A DNA stretch of 12,167 nt, taken from the IMG/VR virus record IMGVR_UViG_2744054912_000005; one strand, written 5' to 3'. Both the position numbers and the translations under genes were made by a program. Origin of the DNA: a virus (lineage: Duplodnaviria; Heunggongvirae; Uroviricota; Caudoviricetes). How positions within the stretch are numbered: position 1 is the first letter of the stretch; every line of letters starts with the position of its first letter. This document shows, piece by piece, positions 1 through 6,967 of this stretch. Under the pieces are notes generated by a model. It saw only the letters and a program-made list of their open reading frames with translations. It did no database searches and was not told where the DNA came from.

Positions 1-60
1 GCGAAATTCAGGCGAATGCTGTTTACGGGGTTTTTTACTGGTTGATACTGTTTTTGTCAT
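1..60 (-). CDS. IS3-family transposase OrfA (InsE-like), N-terminal 20 codons only; partial, runs off the window
   Basis: ATG at 60..58 preceded by AGGTGA; translation MTKTVSTSKKPRKQHSPEFR matches the remembered N-terminus of IS3 OrfA. Truncated by the window edge. Confidence 0.65.
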   Translation of the reverse strand, partial: MTKTVSTSKKPRKQHSPEFR

Positions 61-125
61 GTGAGTCACCTCTGACTGAGAGTTTACTCACTTAGCCGCG
101 TGTCCACTATTGCTGGGTAAGATCA
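1..125 (-). mobile_element. Terminal ~125 bp of an IS3-family insertion sequence (left inverted-repeat end); the element continues beyond the left window edge
   Basis: The minus strand from 125 downward reads TGATCTTACCCAGCAATAGTGGACACGCGGCTAAGTGAG..., a TG-initiated terminal inverted repeat that I recall as the IS3 left end. It is followed by an AGGTGA RBS and an ATG at 60 opening an ORF whose first 20 codons match my recollection of IS3 OrfA. Confidence 0.7.
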
Positions 126-1076
126 TATCAGCTCCAACTGAGAGCCATACTTTTCTTCAAATACCACGGTATCCGCATGCAGCTCGTCGTGATGCTTTCT
201 GCACAAAGGCAGCACGAAGAGGTCATGCGCTTTTGTACCCATTCCACCCTGACCGTGGCCTATCAGGTGGTGGGGATCATCTGCAGGCTTTCCACAACAT
301 GCACACGGCTGCGTCTTAACCCAGCGCGTGTACTTTTCGTTAACCCAGCGGCGACGTTTGGGACGTAACATAAAAGACTCCGGCGACTCCGGATCCACTT
401 TCAGCGCCAGCACCTTTTTCGCTTTATCCTGGATGATGCTGGTGGCAGGAACCGAAGGCACAAGGTCACTTTCCCGGGTGACAGACGGCACAACAGGCTT
501 CGGTAATCTCAGTGCCTTACGGGCTGCGCTTTCCGGTAAGGCATCCGCCAGGTCATTACGAACCAGCCACCAGCACAGTTCCGGCATTGTCACAACGTGA
601 CTGTCATCAAAACCGAGATCCCGACGCACGACAGACAACACCCAGCGGGCACAGTTATCCGTTGCCATTGATTCCAGCCGTTCCGTGAATTGATCGCGCA
701 GCTGGTTATCGCAGTGCCAGCACAGACGGATTGCGCCCGGAGCATGTCGCATTGTGGTCATGTTCTCGCTGTGCCAGCCGGAATGAGGCCACTGACAGCC
801 TTTTTCACGAAGTAACCAGCTTTCAAGACATTCCACGCCACCAGCACGACGGATCACTGCCTCATTACGGAACACGGCCCGAACGGCAGGATCATCCGCC
901 AGTGGTTGTGATGCCGCCGGAACGGCACCACTGGCAAAAGATGAATAACGTTCCGGCTCAGGCTCCAGCAGGACACGCCCCTGCATAAACAGGGGCATCA
1001 GCTCTGAACCAGGACTGAATAATACGATCCCCATACGCGGGGCAATTTCAGGGGTCAGTAGTGCTCTCACGGTCAC
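123..1076 (-). CDS. Phage nin-region protein with a C-terminal HNH-like zinc-binding motif (DUF968-like); 3' end abuts the IS3 inverted repeat, so probably C-terminally truncated
   Basis: 317-aa ORF with a C-terminal CACCGKP...HHLIGHGQGG...CRKHHDELH motif (Cys pairs plus His-His, HNH-like). GTG start at 1076 lies one base after the stop of the upstream gene (TGAgGTG); an in-frame ATG at 1034 is an alternative. The TGA stop at 123-125 is the first three bases of the IS3 terminal repeat. Confidence 0.5.
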   Translation of the reverse strand: MTVRALLTPEIAPRMGIVLFSPGSELMPLFMQGRVLLEPEPERYSSFASGAVPAASQPLADDPAVRAVFRNEAVIRRAGGVECLESWLLREKGCQWPHSGWHSENMTTMRHAPGAIRLCWHCDNQLRDQFTERLESMATDNCARWVLSVVRRDLGFDDSHVVTMPELCWWLVRNDLADALPESAARKALRLPKPVVPSVTRESDLVPSVPATSIIQDKAKKVLALKVDPESPESFMLRPKRRRWVNEKYTRWVKTQPCACCGKPADDPHHLIGHGQGGMGTKAHDLFVLPLCRKHHDELHADTVVFEEKYGSQLELI

Positions 1077-1077
1077 C

Positions 1078-1875
1078 TCAATGAACGGTATCGAGCAGCT
1101 TTAACAGCTCAGGGAATCGGGATTCGAAGAAATGCGGCTGCGTCTCGCGCGGATTTGCAGGACTGGTAATGTTCTTGCCGAACATGCAGCCTTTCGCCGT
1201 CAGCGACCAGAATTTTTTGATGTTGTTAATCGCGGTACGGCTGTATCGTTCGCGTTGTTCAACGATCCCCAGCTTCGCCATCTGGTGATATGCCTGATTA
1301 GCTGTCAGGCAGATACCATACTGCTTCAGCAGTGCACTCAGTGACAGCGTGGGGCGGCTTGAGCCATCAGGCGCGTCAGCAGGAGCATCAATGGCATAGC
1401 GCGGTGCCAGATTCGGTAAGCCAACAGCCTCCTGGAGTTTCTGACAGGCACCAAGCACTGAAGAGTTAGACAGGTTTAACTCCCGGCGCATAAAGTCCAG
1501 CAGGATCACGCCAGCCTGCATCTTGTCAGCAGCCTGCCCGGATAATTTTTCCGGTGTGCTGGTTACCATATCGAAAGTACGGATCACCTTCAGATGGAAT
1601 GACGGGCTGATCCACATTGCATAGGCATACACCAGTTCTTTGCAGACATACGTCCCTTGGTTATTTCCGCCACGAATAACGTTAACTGGCGCTATATTGA
1701 CCGAGTTGCAAATCTGCAACTCGCTTATTAAACGTTCGGTTTGCTCATTGCGGAGCCAGAATGCAGGCTTATGTTTATCCAGAGAACCGGCAGCCCTGTG
1801 CAGATCGTTCAGGCTGTAACGCCCATAAGCATCACGACGAACTTCAATACCATCAATAACCATCAGATTATTCAT
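1078..1875 (-). CDS. KilA-N domain protein (Bro-N/antirepressor-like)
   Basis: 265-aa ORF. The N-terminus MNNLMVIDGIEVRRDAYGRYSLNDLHRAAG matches the KilA-N signature (IDG..VR.D..GRY.LNDLH.A.G). ATG at 1875 is preceded by a GAGGAG RBS. Confidence 0.6.
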   Translation of the reverse strand: MNNLMVIDGIEVRRDAYGRYSLNDLHRAAGSLDKHKPAFWLRNEQTERLISELQICNSVNIAPVNVIRGGNNQGTYVCKELVYAYAMWISPSFHLKVIRTFDMVTSTPEKLSGQAADKMQAGVILLDFMRRELNLSNSSVLGACQKLQEAVGLPNLAPRYAIDAPADAPDGSSRPTLSLSALLKQYGICLTANQAYHQMAKLGIVEQRERYSRTAINNIKKFWSLTAKGCMFGKNITSPANPRETQPHFFESRFPELLKLLDTVH

Positions 1876-1894
1876 ACTTCGTTTCTCCTCTTAA

Positions 1895-2284
1895 TCAGGC
1901 GGCTGCACCCGCCGGTTTCTCGTACTTACTGATAGTGATCTCGACCTTCCCTTCCGGGATAACCGGTCCCCACTCCACCAGCATTCTTTTCACCTGACTG
2001 TCGTCTTCCCACACACCCGCGTGGGTCAGGGCGTCAAACAGCGCCTTGTTATAGTTGTCCAGATCGCGGATCCGGTTATCCGGAGGAAACAACACGATCT
2101 CCACTGAAGCAGGTGCCGACGTTGGTTTTGGCAGACGACGTAACTGCTCAACTATTGCTGCACACGCCGCGCTCTGGAATTTGCGCCCCGCCGCGCTTAT
2201 CAGGCTCTTACCAGCAAACGCCCCTTTGTTGGGGTGTCGCCAGTACGTGTTCACGCTGGGCGGAAAAGGCAGGATCAGCTTCAT
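1895..2284 (-). CDS. rusA: Holliday-junction resolvase RusA
   Basis: 129-aa ORF carrying the RusA signature DLDNYNKALFDALTHAGVWEDDSQV (compare E. coli RusA [25 protein letters not shown]). ATG at 2284 overlaps the upstream stop as ATGA. Confidence 0.85.
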   Translation of the reverse strand: MKLILPFPPSVNTYWRHPNKGAFAGKSLISAAGRKFQSAACAAIVEQLRRLPKPTSAPASVEIVLFPPDNRIRDLDNYNKALFDALTHAGVWEDDSQVKRMLVEWGPVIPEGKVEITISKYEKPAGAAA

Positions 2285-2607
2285 ACTTTCAGGCCCCTCT
2301 CATGTAACCAGTGGGCTGCACGCAGCCTGGCGTTTTCCTCACCGGCAAGCAGTGAGCGGATAATCCCGACCGCCTCGCTGTCGTCGTCCTTCACCGCGGT
2401 ATGAAGCGTTATCCCCCGTGCCACGCCACGCTTTATCGTGATGACGCCTTTTTTCTCCAGTGCGCGAAGATGCTCCACCGCTGCATTCACTGAACGGTAT
2501 CCCAGCATGGTAGCCACCTCCTGATTGGTTGGCGGGAAGCCACGTTCTTTCTGATAAGAAATCAGCATATCCAGCACCTGCTGCTGGCATTGAGTTAATG
2601 TCGTCAT
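2281..2607 (-). CDS. LexA-like winged-helix DNA-binding protein (LexA N-terminal domain only, no S24 peptidase domain)
   Basis: 108-aa ORF; LTQCQQQVLDMLISYQKERGFPPTNQEVATMLGYRSVNAAVEHLRALEKKGVITIKRGVARGITL aligns by eye to the LexA DNA-binding domain ([62 protein letters not shown]). No Ser/Lys peptidase domain follows. ATGA coupling at both ends. Confidence 0.7.
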   Translation of the reverse strand: MTTLTQCQQQVLDMLISYQKERGFPPTNQEVATMLGYRSVNAAVEHLRALEKKGVITIKRGVARGITLHTAVKDDDSEAVGIIRSLLAGEENARLRAAHWLHERGLKV

Positions 2608-3257
2608 GCCGCCATCTCCCTGACCAGTTTTTCCGCCTGCTGGCGAACCTGCGCCAGAAACGCCTCACCACATGTCTCAAGTTCATCGCGCCCGATGTAG
2701 CTGATTGCCGGTCCCTTCCAGGTCTTATCGAAAACAGCAATAGCACCAGCGAAGAACGCTCCTGTCGGCACCTGCTTCTCGTCTTTCGGGATAAACCAGA
2801 CAGGCAGTTCAAAACCAATACGCCCGCGAATAAAAGCAATATGGTCTGCATCTTCCGGCCACCACACTTCGCTGGTGGCAGCTTTGATCAGGAAAACATA
2901 GCGCCCGCCCTTATCACGCATGGCACTGGCATGTTTCATGATGTAACGCATGCCGGTGATGTATTGCCCCTCATGCTGACTGGCGCGGCTGTATGGGGGA
3001 TTACCAAAGGCAGCACCTTTAAGCTCCGCAAGACGTTCTGACCAGTCATGCGCCAGCGCGTTGTCTTCCGCCGTGTAATACGCGGCACATTTGGCGTTAT
3101 CACCGTCAGTGAACAGATCCAGAACAAACGGGCCAAACAGGGTGTTAATTCCCCAGAAAATGTTGTCCGGCGTGCGCCACTGATCGCCCACTTCCTTCAG
3201 TTCATGGGCTGGTTTGTTCCGCAGTTCCACCAGCGCCTGGCAATATTTATTACTCAT
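2604..3257 (-). CDS. Phage-type DNA N6-adenine methyltransferase (Dam family, orphan)
   Basis: FGNPPYS catalytic motif IV (N/DPPY) in a 217-aa protein. ATG at 3257 overlaps the upstream stop as TAATG; the ORF track's longer 3290 start is a GTG inside the upstream gene. Confidence 0.8.
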   Translation of the reverse strand: MSNKYCQALVELRNKPAHELKEVGDQWRTPDNIFWGINTLFGPFVLDLFTDGDNAKCAAYYTAEDNALAHDWSERLAELKGAAFGNPPYSRASQHEGQYITGMRYIMKHASAMRDKGGRYVFLIKAATSEVWWPEDADHIAFIRGRIGFELPVWFIPKDEKQVPTGAFFAGAIAVFDKTWKGPAISYIGRDELETCGEAFLAQVRQQAEKLVREMAA

Positions 3258-3745
3258 TAAGCCCCCACGTAATTCCCTGACAGATACCACTCTTCACCCG
3301 ATGCAGCGCGCTTGCTGCTTTTCCGTAAGCACCGCTCACGACGCGTCAGAAAATTGTTTCGTTCTGGCTGGGAGTGGCTTTCACGGAATGCCGCCATCCA
3401 CACGGTTGCAGCACGACGGTATAAGCCCCTGGACTCCAGTTCTTCCGCCTGGCGGGTCAGGCACAAAATCACACGGGGATCGTTAGTGCCGACATAGAAA
3501 TTGCGCACAGGTCTGGTTTCACGAACTGGTTGTGGTTCCGGTTCCTGCGCTCTCTCAGTCAGGCGCGGGAAATGTCTGCGTGTATCTCCTTCACAACGGT
3601 GAGCCACACGCCCACTCTGACGTAACTTGCTTGCTGACTGCAGAACGCGCTGCCGTGAGTAACCGGCAAAAGCATCCGCAATATCTCCGGAAGTACAGCC
3701 CGGATGGGCTTCAATGAATTTCTGAACGTCATTCAAAAGACTCAT
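3257..3745 (-). CDS. Hypothetical phage regulator: N-terminal winged-helix-like region plus C-terminal PerC/Pch-like motif
   Basis: ORF with ATG at 3745, three bases after the O-like stop and preceded by a GGGGGTGA RBS. The C-terminal LESRGLYRRAATVWMAAF resembles the PerC-family signature (L..KG.WRRAA..W) as I recall it. Assignment is tentative. Confidence 0.45.
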   Translation of the reverse strand: MSLLNDVQKFIEAHPGCTSGDIADAFAGYSRQRVLQSASKLRQSGRVAHRCEGDTRRHFPRLTERAQEPEPQPVRETRPVRNFYVGTNDPRVILCLTRQAEELESRGLYRRAATVWMAAFRESHSQPERNNFLTRRERCLRKSSKRAASGEEWYLSGNYVGA

Positions 3746-3747
3746 GC

Positions 3748-4689
3748 TCACCCCCTGAATCCTGCCGGGATCTGGCTGTAGTCCACGTTGTCGTAACTGG
3801 CTTTGAAGTACGGGTCTTCGCGTTTTTCGGTGTACGTGCTGACGGACGGCGATAAGCGCAGGGAAAGCTCATCCCATTTTTCCCGCAGCTTCGACGGGCT
3901 GAGCACGTTACGGCACCAGAACGGATCGCGACTGACGCGGCTGTACATCTCGCAGATTTGTTTATGAGTACGACCATCCTGCACACACATCAGGCGAATT
4001 TCGTTTGCCCAGGCTGTCCAGTTCGGTTCTTTGGGACGAACCACCTCGCCGTCACATTCGGCGGCCTGCTCGTACAGGGCGATGATTTTTTTCCAGAGCC
4101 ACTGTGCGCAGGTCAAATCATCCTGCGTTCCCCACTGGCGCTTTTTAGGGCTGAATACAACCGCATCAGGATGGCGAGTTAAAAACTCCTGTTCAGCCGT
4201 CTGCGTGTCCGGTTGCGAAGCGTCCGGACGAGAAGTTTTTTTATCTGACGGATCATGTTTTGATTTTACTGACGGATCCCCGCCAGATTCTGACGGGTGA
4301 AAACCCGCTTTTTTGCCAGATTTCGACGCATCAAATTTTGACGGGTCAGATTTTGATGCGTCAGATTTTGACGGGTCAGAATCTGACAGTTGAGAAAATG
4401 CCGCTGCCTGAAGCTTCGCAACGTTAAGCTGATAAACATTCGACGCATTGCGGTTACCCTGGCGACGCGCCTTACGCGTTAACCAGCCTTCTGCTTCCAG
4501 CCGTGCGATAGCCGTTCTGACGGTACTCATTCCCGCGCCAATCTGGCGGGCAATGGTTTCAATTGATGGCCAGCACACACCTTCGTCATTACTGAAATCA
4601 GCCAGGCGGGCCATAATTGCCACGCTGGATAATTTCATGCCTGATGCAGCGCAACCATCCCATACATAGCCGGTTAATTTAGTGCTCAT
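3748..4689 (-). CDS. Replication initiator, lambda O-like (N-terminal wHTH, repeat-encoded linker, C-terminal domain)
   Basis: 313-aa ORF. The N-terminal LSSVAIMARLADFSNDEGVCWPSIETIARQIGAGMSTVRTAIARLEAEGWL is typical of phage replication-initiator wHTH domains. A low-complexity SDSDPSKSDASKSDPSKFDASKS linker is encoded by iteron-like DNA repeats, the same arrangement as the lambda O gene and ori. RBS GAGGT before ATG 4689. Confidence 0.7.
   Translation of the reverse strand: MSTKLTGYVWDGCAASGMKLSSVAIMARLADFSNDEGVCWPSIETIARQIGAGMSTVRTAIARLEAEGWLTRKARRQGNRNASNVYQLNVAKLQAAAFSQLSDSDPSKSDASKSDPSKFDASKSGKKAGFHPSESGGDPSVKSKHDPSDKKTSRPDASQPDTQTAEQEFLTRHPDAVVFSPKKRQWGTQDDLTCAQWLWKKIIALYEQAAECDGEVVRPKEPNWTAWANEIRLMCVQDGRTHKQICEMYSRVSRDPFWCRNVLSPSKLREKWDELSLRLSPSVSTYTEKREDPYFKASYDNVDYSQIPAGFRG
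4261..4395. repeat. Iteron array (putative origin of replication) inside the O-like gene
   Basis: About six to seven direct copies of a ~16-bp unit related to TCAGATTTTGACGGGT, for example gattttactgacggat, gattctgacgggtga, gatttcgacgcatcaa, attttgacgggtcaga, ttttgatgcgtcaga, ttttgacgggtcagaa, seen directly in 4261-4395. Confidence 0.75.
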
Positions 4690-4698
4690 GACCGACCT

Positions 4699-5037
4699 CT
4701 ATTTCCCTGAATTTACGACGAAACTGTTCGAGCGGGCTGAAGCACTCATGCTCATAGCCTTCGCGGAGGTAGATAACCCGTTGTGTTTCCGGCTCCCAAC
4801 GAATGACTCTGACGGGCACTCCGTAGTGATCTTTGAACCAGCGGTTAACTTGTCGCAAAGGAATGTCTCCTTTTGCCGGTTGAAATCACCCACAGCCCAC
4901 TCTGCAAAGCTGTGGGTTACAATTTCCCTGTCACCTGGTACATTCACTGCATAGCAATATTCCACCTTCGCTTTTCCACCCGGTACAGGAAGCGCAATCA
5001 GTTGCGAGCGACGGTAGTGTGTTGTTAAACTGTTCAT
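4699..5037 (-). CDS. Hypothetical small early protein; the 3' portion is probably out of frame (possible frameshift, or two overlapping small genes)
   Basis: ATG at 5037 overlaps the CII-like stop as ATGA, which supports the N-terminal part. Downstream of about 4870 this frame becomes low-complexity, while another frame (4858..4679, TTG start 8 nt after AAGGAG) encodes a protein-like 59-aa sequence ending in TAA overlapping the O-like ATG. Confidence 0.35.
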   Translation of the reverse strand: MNSLTTHYRRSQLIALPVPGGKAKVEYCYAVNVPGDREIVTHSFAEWAVGDFNRQKETFLCDKLTAGSKITTECPSESFVGSRKHNGLSTSAKAMSMSASARSNSFVVNSGK

Positions 5038-5585
5038 GCGTTAGTTTCTCCACAGTCACGACACGCCACGGCGCCCGGAGCTGCACACTCGCGGGCGTCA
5101 TTACTTTCTGAAATGCAAAAAATTTTGTAGACCAGTGCTGCATGCTCCTGCAGCTTCGAAATTGAGAGGTACAGCTCATCGTTAATTGCTGTCTTCTCAT
5201 GCGGTTCCACTACACCGTCTTCAATTGCTGAACGAATCTGTTTTGAATAACTGCCGATCTGTTCAATGACCTCCAGCAGGCGTTGGTTGATATCGGCGTT
5301 GTCCACATCCTCGACATCAGGAAGAGACACAAAGACGCCATTTGCAGACTGCGCCACAGCGTCAGCAATGAAGTGAGTTCCACCAGCACGTTGCAAAATC
5401 ATTGCCCATCCCAGCGGGAAAATCTGATCGCCATCGGCACGAAGGCGGTTAAATAATGCGTTCTCTGTTACATCCAGCCAGTCAGCAGCTTCAGCGTACC
5501 CCCCCGGCAACGCTGCGATAGTTTTTCTGACAGCTTTCACGTACCACTCAGGCTGTTTTTCTACTTTCCAGTGATGCTTACCCAC
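5034..5585 (-). CDS. CII-like/YdaT-like early regulatory protein (tentative)
   Basis: 183-aa ORF immediately downstream of the Cro-like gene, with GTG start at 5585 preceded by a strong AGGAGG RBS. Position and size fit the cro/cII (YdaS/YdaT) module; no motif verified. Confidence 0.4.
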   Translation of the reverse strand: MGKHHWKVEKQPEWYVKAVRKTIAALPGGYAEAADWLDVTENALFNRLRADGDQIFPLGWAMILQRAGGTHFIADAVAQSANGVFVSLPDVEDVDNADINQRLLEVIEQIGSYSKQIRSAIEDGVVEPHEKTAINDELYLSISKLQEHAALVYKIFCISESNDARECAAPGAVACRDCGETNA

Positions 5586-5838
5586 GGTTCACCTCCTGTT
5601 CCTGTGGTTTAAACCCATTCTGGTTTTGGCTAGATTGAAAACGTGCCGGATAAAGAATCTGCATTTCGCTGACTTCACCCTTAAAAAAATTGGCTAAACG
5701 TTCTGCAAGCTCGATAGATGGAATCTGCTCCAGCCTCTCAATACGACTCAACGTCGCTGGATTGACTTGAACACCCGCAGCAACATGCTGCAAAGTGAAA
5801 CCATGCGCCTTACGCACATTTCGTAATGGTGATTGCAT
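5578..5838 (-). CDS. Cro-like HTH (XRE family) transcriptional regulator
   Basis: 86-aa ORF with HTH signature LRNVRKAHGFTLQHVAAGVQVNPATLSRIERLEQIPSIELAERLANFF. Divergent from the cI-like gene across an operator-rich region. RBS GGAGG before ATG 5838. Confidence 0.7.
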   Translation of the reverse strand: MQSPLRNVRKAHGFTLQHVAAGVQVNPATLSRIERLEQIPSIELAERLANFFKGEVSEMQILYPARFQSSQNQNGFKPQEQEVNRG

Positions 5839-5935
5839 ATGCCCTCCAAATATTGCGCGTTATGCATGTTATTTCACGCAATTATTTTGCGCAAGTTGAT
5901 TTGCTTATCACGCAATAAAGAAATGTAATAAACGC
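5839..5935. promoter_or_regulatory. OR region: divergent PR/PRM promoters with TTGC-N7-GCAA operator sites
   Basis: Operator-like 15-mers TTGCGCGTTATGCAT (5853-5867) and TTGCTTATCACGCAA (5901-5915) plus the palindromic core TTGCGCAA (5887-5894). Candidate PR for cro on the minus strand: -35 TTGCGC (5894..5889), 17-bp spacer, -10 TAACAT (5871..5866). Confidence 0.6.
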
Positions 5936-6628
5936 ATGAACATAGGAAACCGAGTCAGACAACTTCGCCAAGCGAAGAACATGAAAATCGCCGATCTCGC
6001 TGAAGCAATAGGAGTAGATGCGGCGAACATCTCGCGCTTAGAAACGGGTAAGCAAAAACAATTTACCGAACAAACACTGAGTAATATTGCCAAGAGCTTA
6101 GGTGTTGATATTGCTGATCTCTTTACCTCTGCCCACAAAAGTAATACTGTATATAAAAACAGTAATAATGAGGATGTTGCGCAGGTGAAGGATGTGTTCC
6201 GTATTGAAATGCTGGATATCAGTGCCAGTGCGGGAAATGGCCTTATCCAGGGCGGTGATGTCATTGATGTGATTCATGCCATCGAATACAGAACTGATAA
6301 TGCTGTATCAATGTTCGGCGGACGACCAGCCAATCACATCAAAGTTATCAACGTTCGTGGGGACAGTATGTGTCCAACCATTGAGCCAGGAGATCTCATC
6401 TTCGTTGATGTCAGCATCAATCAGTTTGATGGTGATGGTATATATGTCTTTGGTTTTGATGACAAAATATACGTTAAAAGACTTCAAATGATTCCTGACA
6501 AACTGCTGGTGATTTCTGATAACCAGATTTACCGTGAATGGGGAATTACTAGCGAAAACGAACACCGATTCATGGTCTTTGGAAAGGTCTTAATCAGTCA
6601 GTCGCAAACCCTTAAGAGACATAATTAA
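5936..6628 (+). CDS. Phage CI-type repressor (N-terminal XRE HTH, C-terminal S24 LexA-like autopeptidase domain)
   Basis: 230-aa ORF. HTH NRVRQLRQAKNMKIADLAEAIGVDAANISRLETGK; candidate Ala-Gly cleavage site in ISASAGNGL; catalytic Ser in VRGDSMCPTIEPGDLIFVD and Lys in IYVKRLQ, as in LexA and lambda CI. Confidence 0.9.
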   Translation: MNIGNRVRQLRQAKNMKIADLAEAIGVDAANISRLETGKQKQFTEQTLSNIAKSLGVDIADLFTSAHKSNTVYKNSNNEDVAQVKDVFRIEMLDISASAGNGLIQGGDVIDVIHAIEYRTDNAVSMFGGRPANHIKVINVRGDSMCPTIEPGDLIFVDVSINQFDGDGIYVFGFDDKIYVKRLQMIPDKLLVISDNQIYREWGITSENEHRFMVFGKVLISQSQTLKRHN

Positions 6629-6647
6629 CCTCAATATCCCATCCATC

Positions 6648-6670
6648 GGCCACCGAAAGGTGGCTTTTTA
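6648..6670 (+). terminator. Intrinsic terminator downstream of cI
   Basis: GGCCACC-GAAA-GGTGGCT hairpin (6-7 bp stem, GAAA tetraloop) followed immediately by TTTTT, 20 bp after the cI stop. Confidence 0.8.
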
Positions 6671-6682
6671 TTACCTATAAAT

Positions 6683-6733
6683 TTGCATATATCGCAAATA
6701 TCACTTGCATATCTCGCAATTTAATTTTATCTT
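6683..6733 (+). promoter_or_regulatory. OL/PL-like region: two 15-bp palindromic operators and a candidate rightward promoter
   Basis: TTGCATATATCGCAA (6683-6697) and TTGCATATCTCGCAA (6705-6719), centre-to-centre 22 bp, sharing the TTGC-N7-GCAA form of the OR sites. Candidate promoter: -35 TTGCAT (6705-6710), 17-bp spacer, -10 TATCTT (6728-6733). Confidence 0.6.
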
Positions 6734-6889
6734 TTGTTCCAGACCAACTACAGGATTACAACAAAATCTGGTTGCAACACGGTGCATGTGTCGTAAGCAG
6801 TCAGTAAATGTCAAAAACGAACAGGCAGGACGCCCACGAAGTAGCCGCCTGGGGCATATGAAGTCCAGGATGATTCGTTAGCAACAAAA

Positions 6890-6922
6890 AAGCGCCCTAC
6901 AGGACGCTTAGCTCTTTAACAA
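6890..6922 (+). promoter_or_regulatory. nut-like antitermination element: short hairpin followed by an rrn-type boxA
   Basis: GCTCTTTAACAA at 6911-6922 is identical to the E. coli rrn boxA core (TGCTCTTTAACAA). It is immediately preceded by an imperfect hairpin AAGCGCC-CTACA-GGACGCTT (6890-6909) and lies about 45 nt upstream of the first early-left gene. Confidence 0.55.
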
Positions 6923-6967
6923 TCTGGTCCCCATCAACAAGTAACTGATAACTTGAGGAGATGTGAA

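Noticed and set aside
110-600. Plus-strand ORFs 110..319, 177..368 and 328..600
   Set aside because: They are antisense to the HNH-motif phage gene and span the IS boundary; no RBS or recognisable product.
2339-3136. ORFs 2339..2851 (-), 2529..3041 (+) and 2936..3136 (-) overlapping the Dam methyltransferase and LexA-like genes
   Set aside because: They are alternative-frame or antisense to strongly supported, translationally coupled genes, and their translations are low-complexity.
3729-4669. ORFs inside or antisense to the O-like gene (3729..3986 -, 3958..4182 +, 4031..4300 +, 4266..4448 -, 4448..4669 +)
   Set aside because: Embedded in the well-supported replication initiator gene; the repetitive translations (for example QNLTHQNLTRQNL) are simply the iteron repeats read in other frames.
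4682-4954. Plus-strand ORF 4682..4954 between the CII-like and O-like genes
   Set aside because: All flanking genes are minus-strand and translationally coupled; the minus-strand reading (ATGA coupling at 5037, RBS-TTG at 4858) is better supported.
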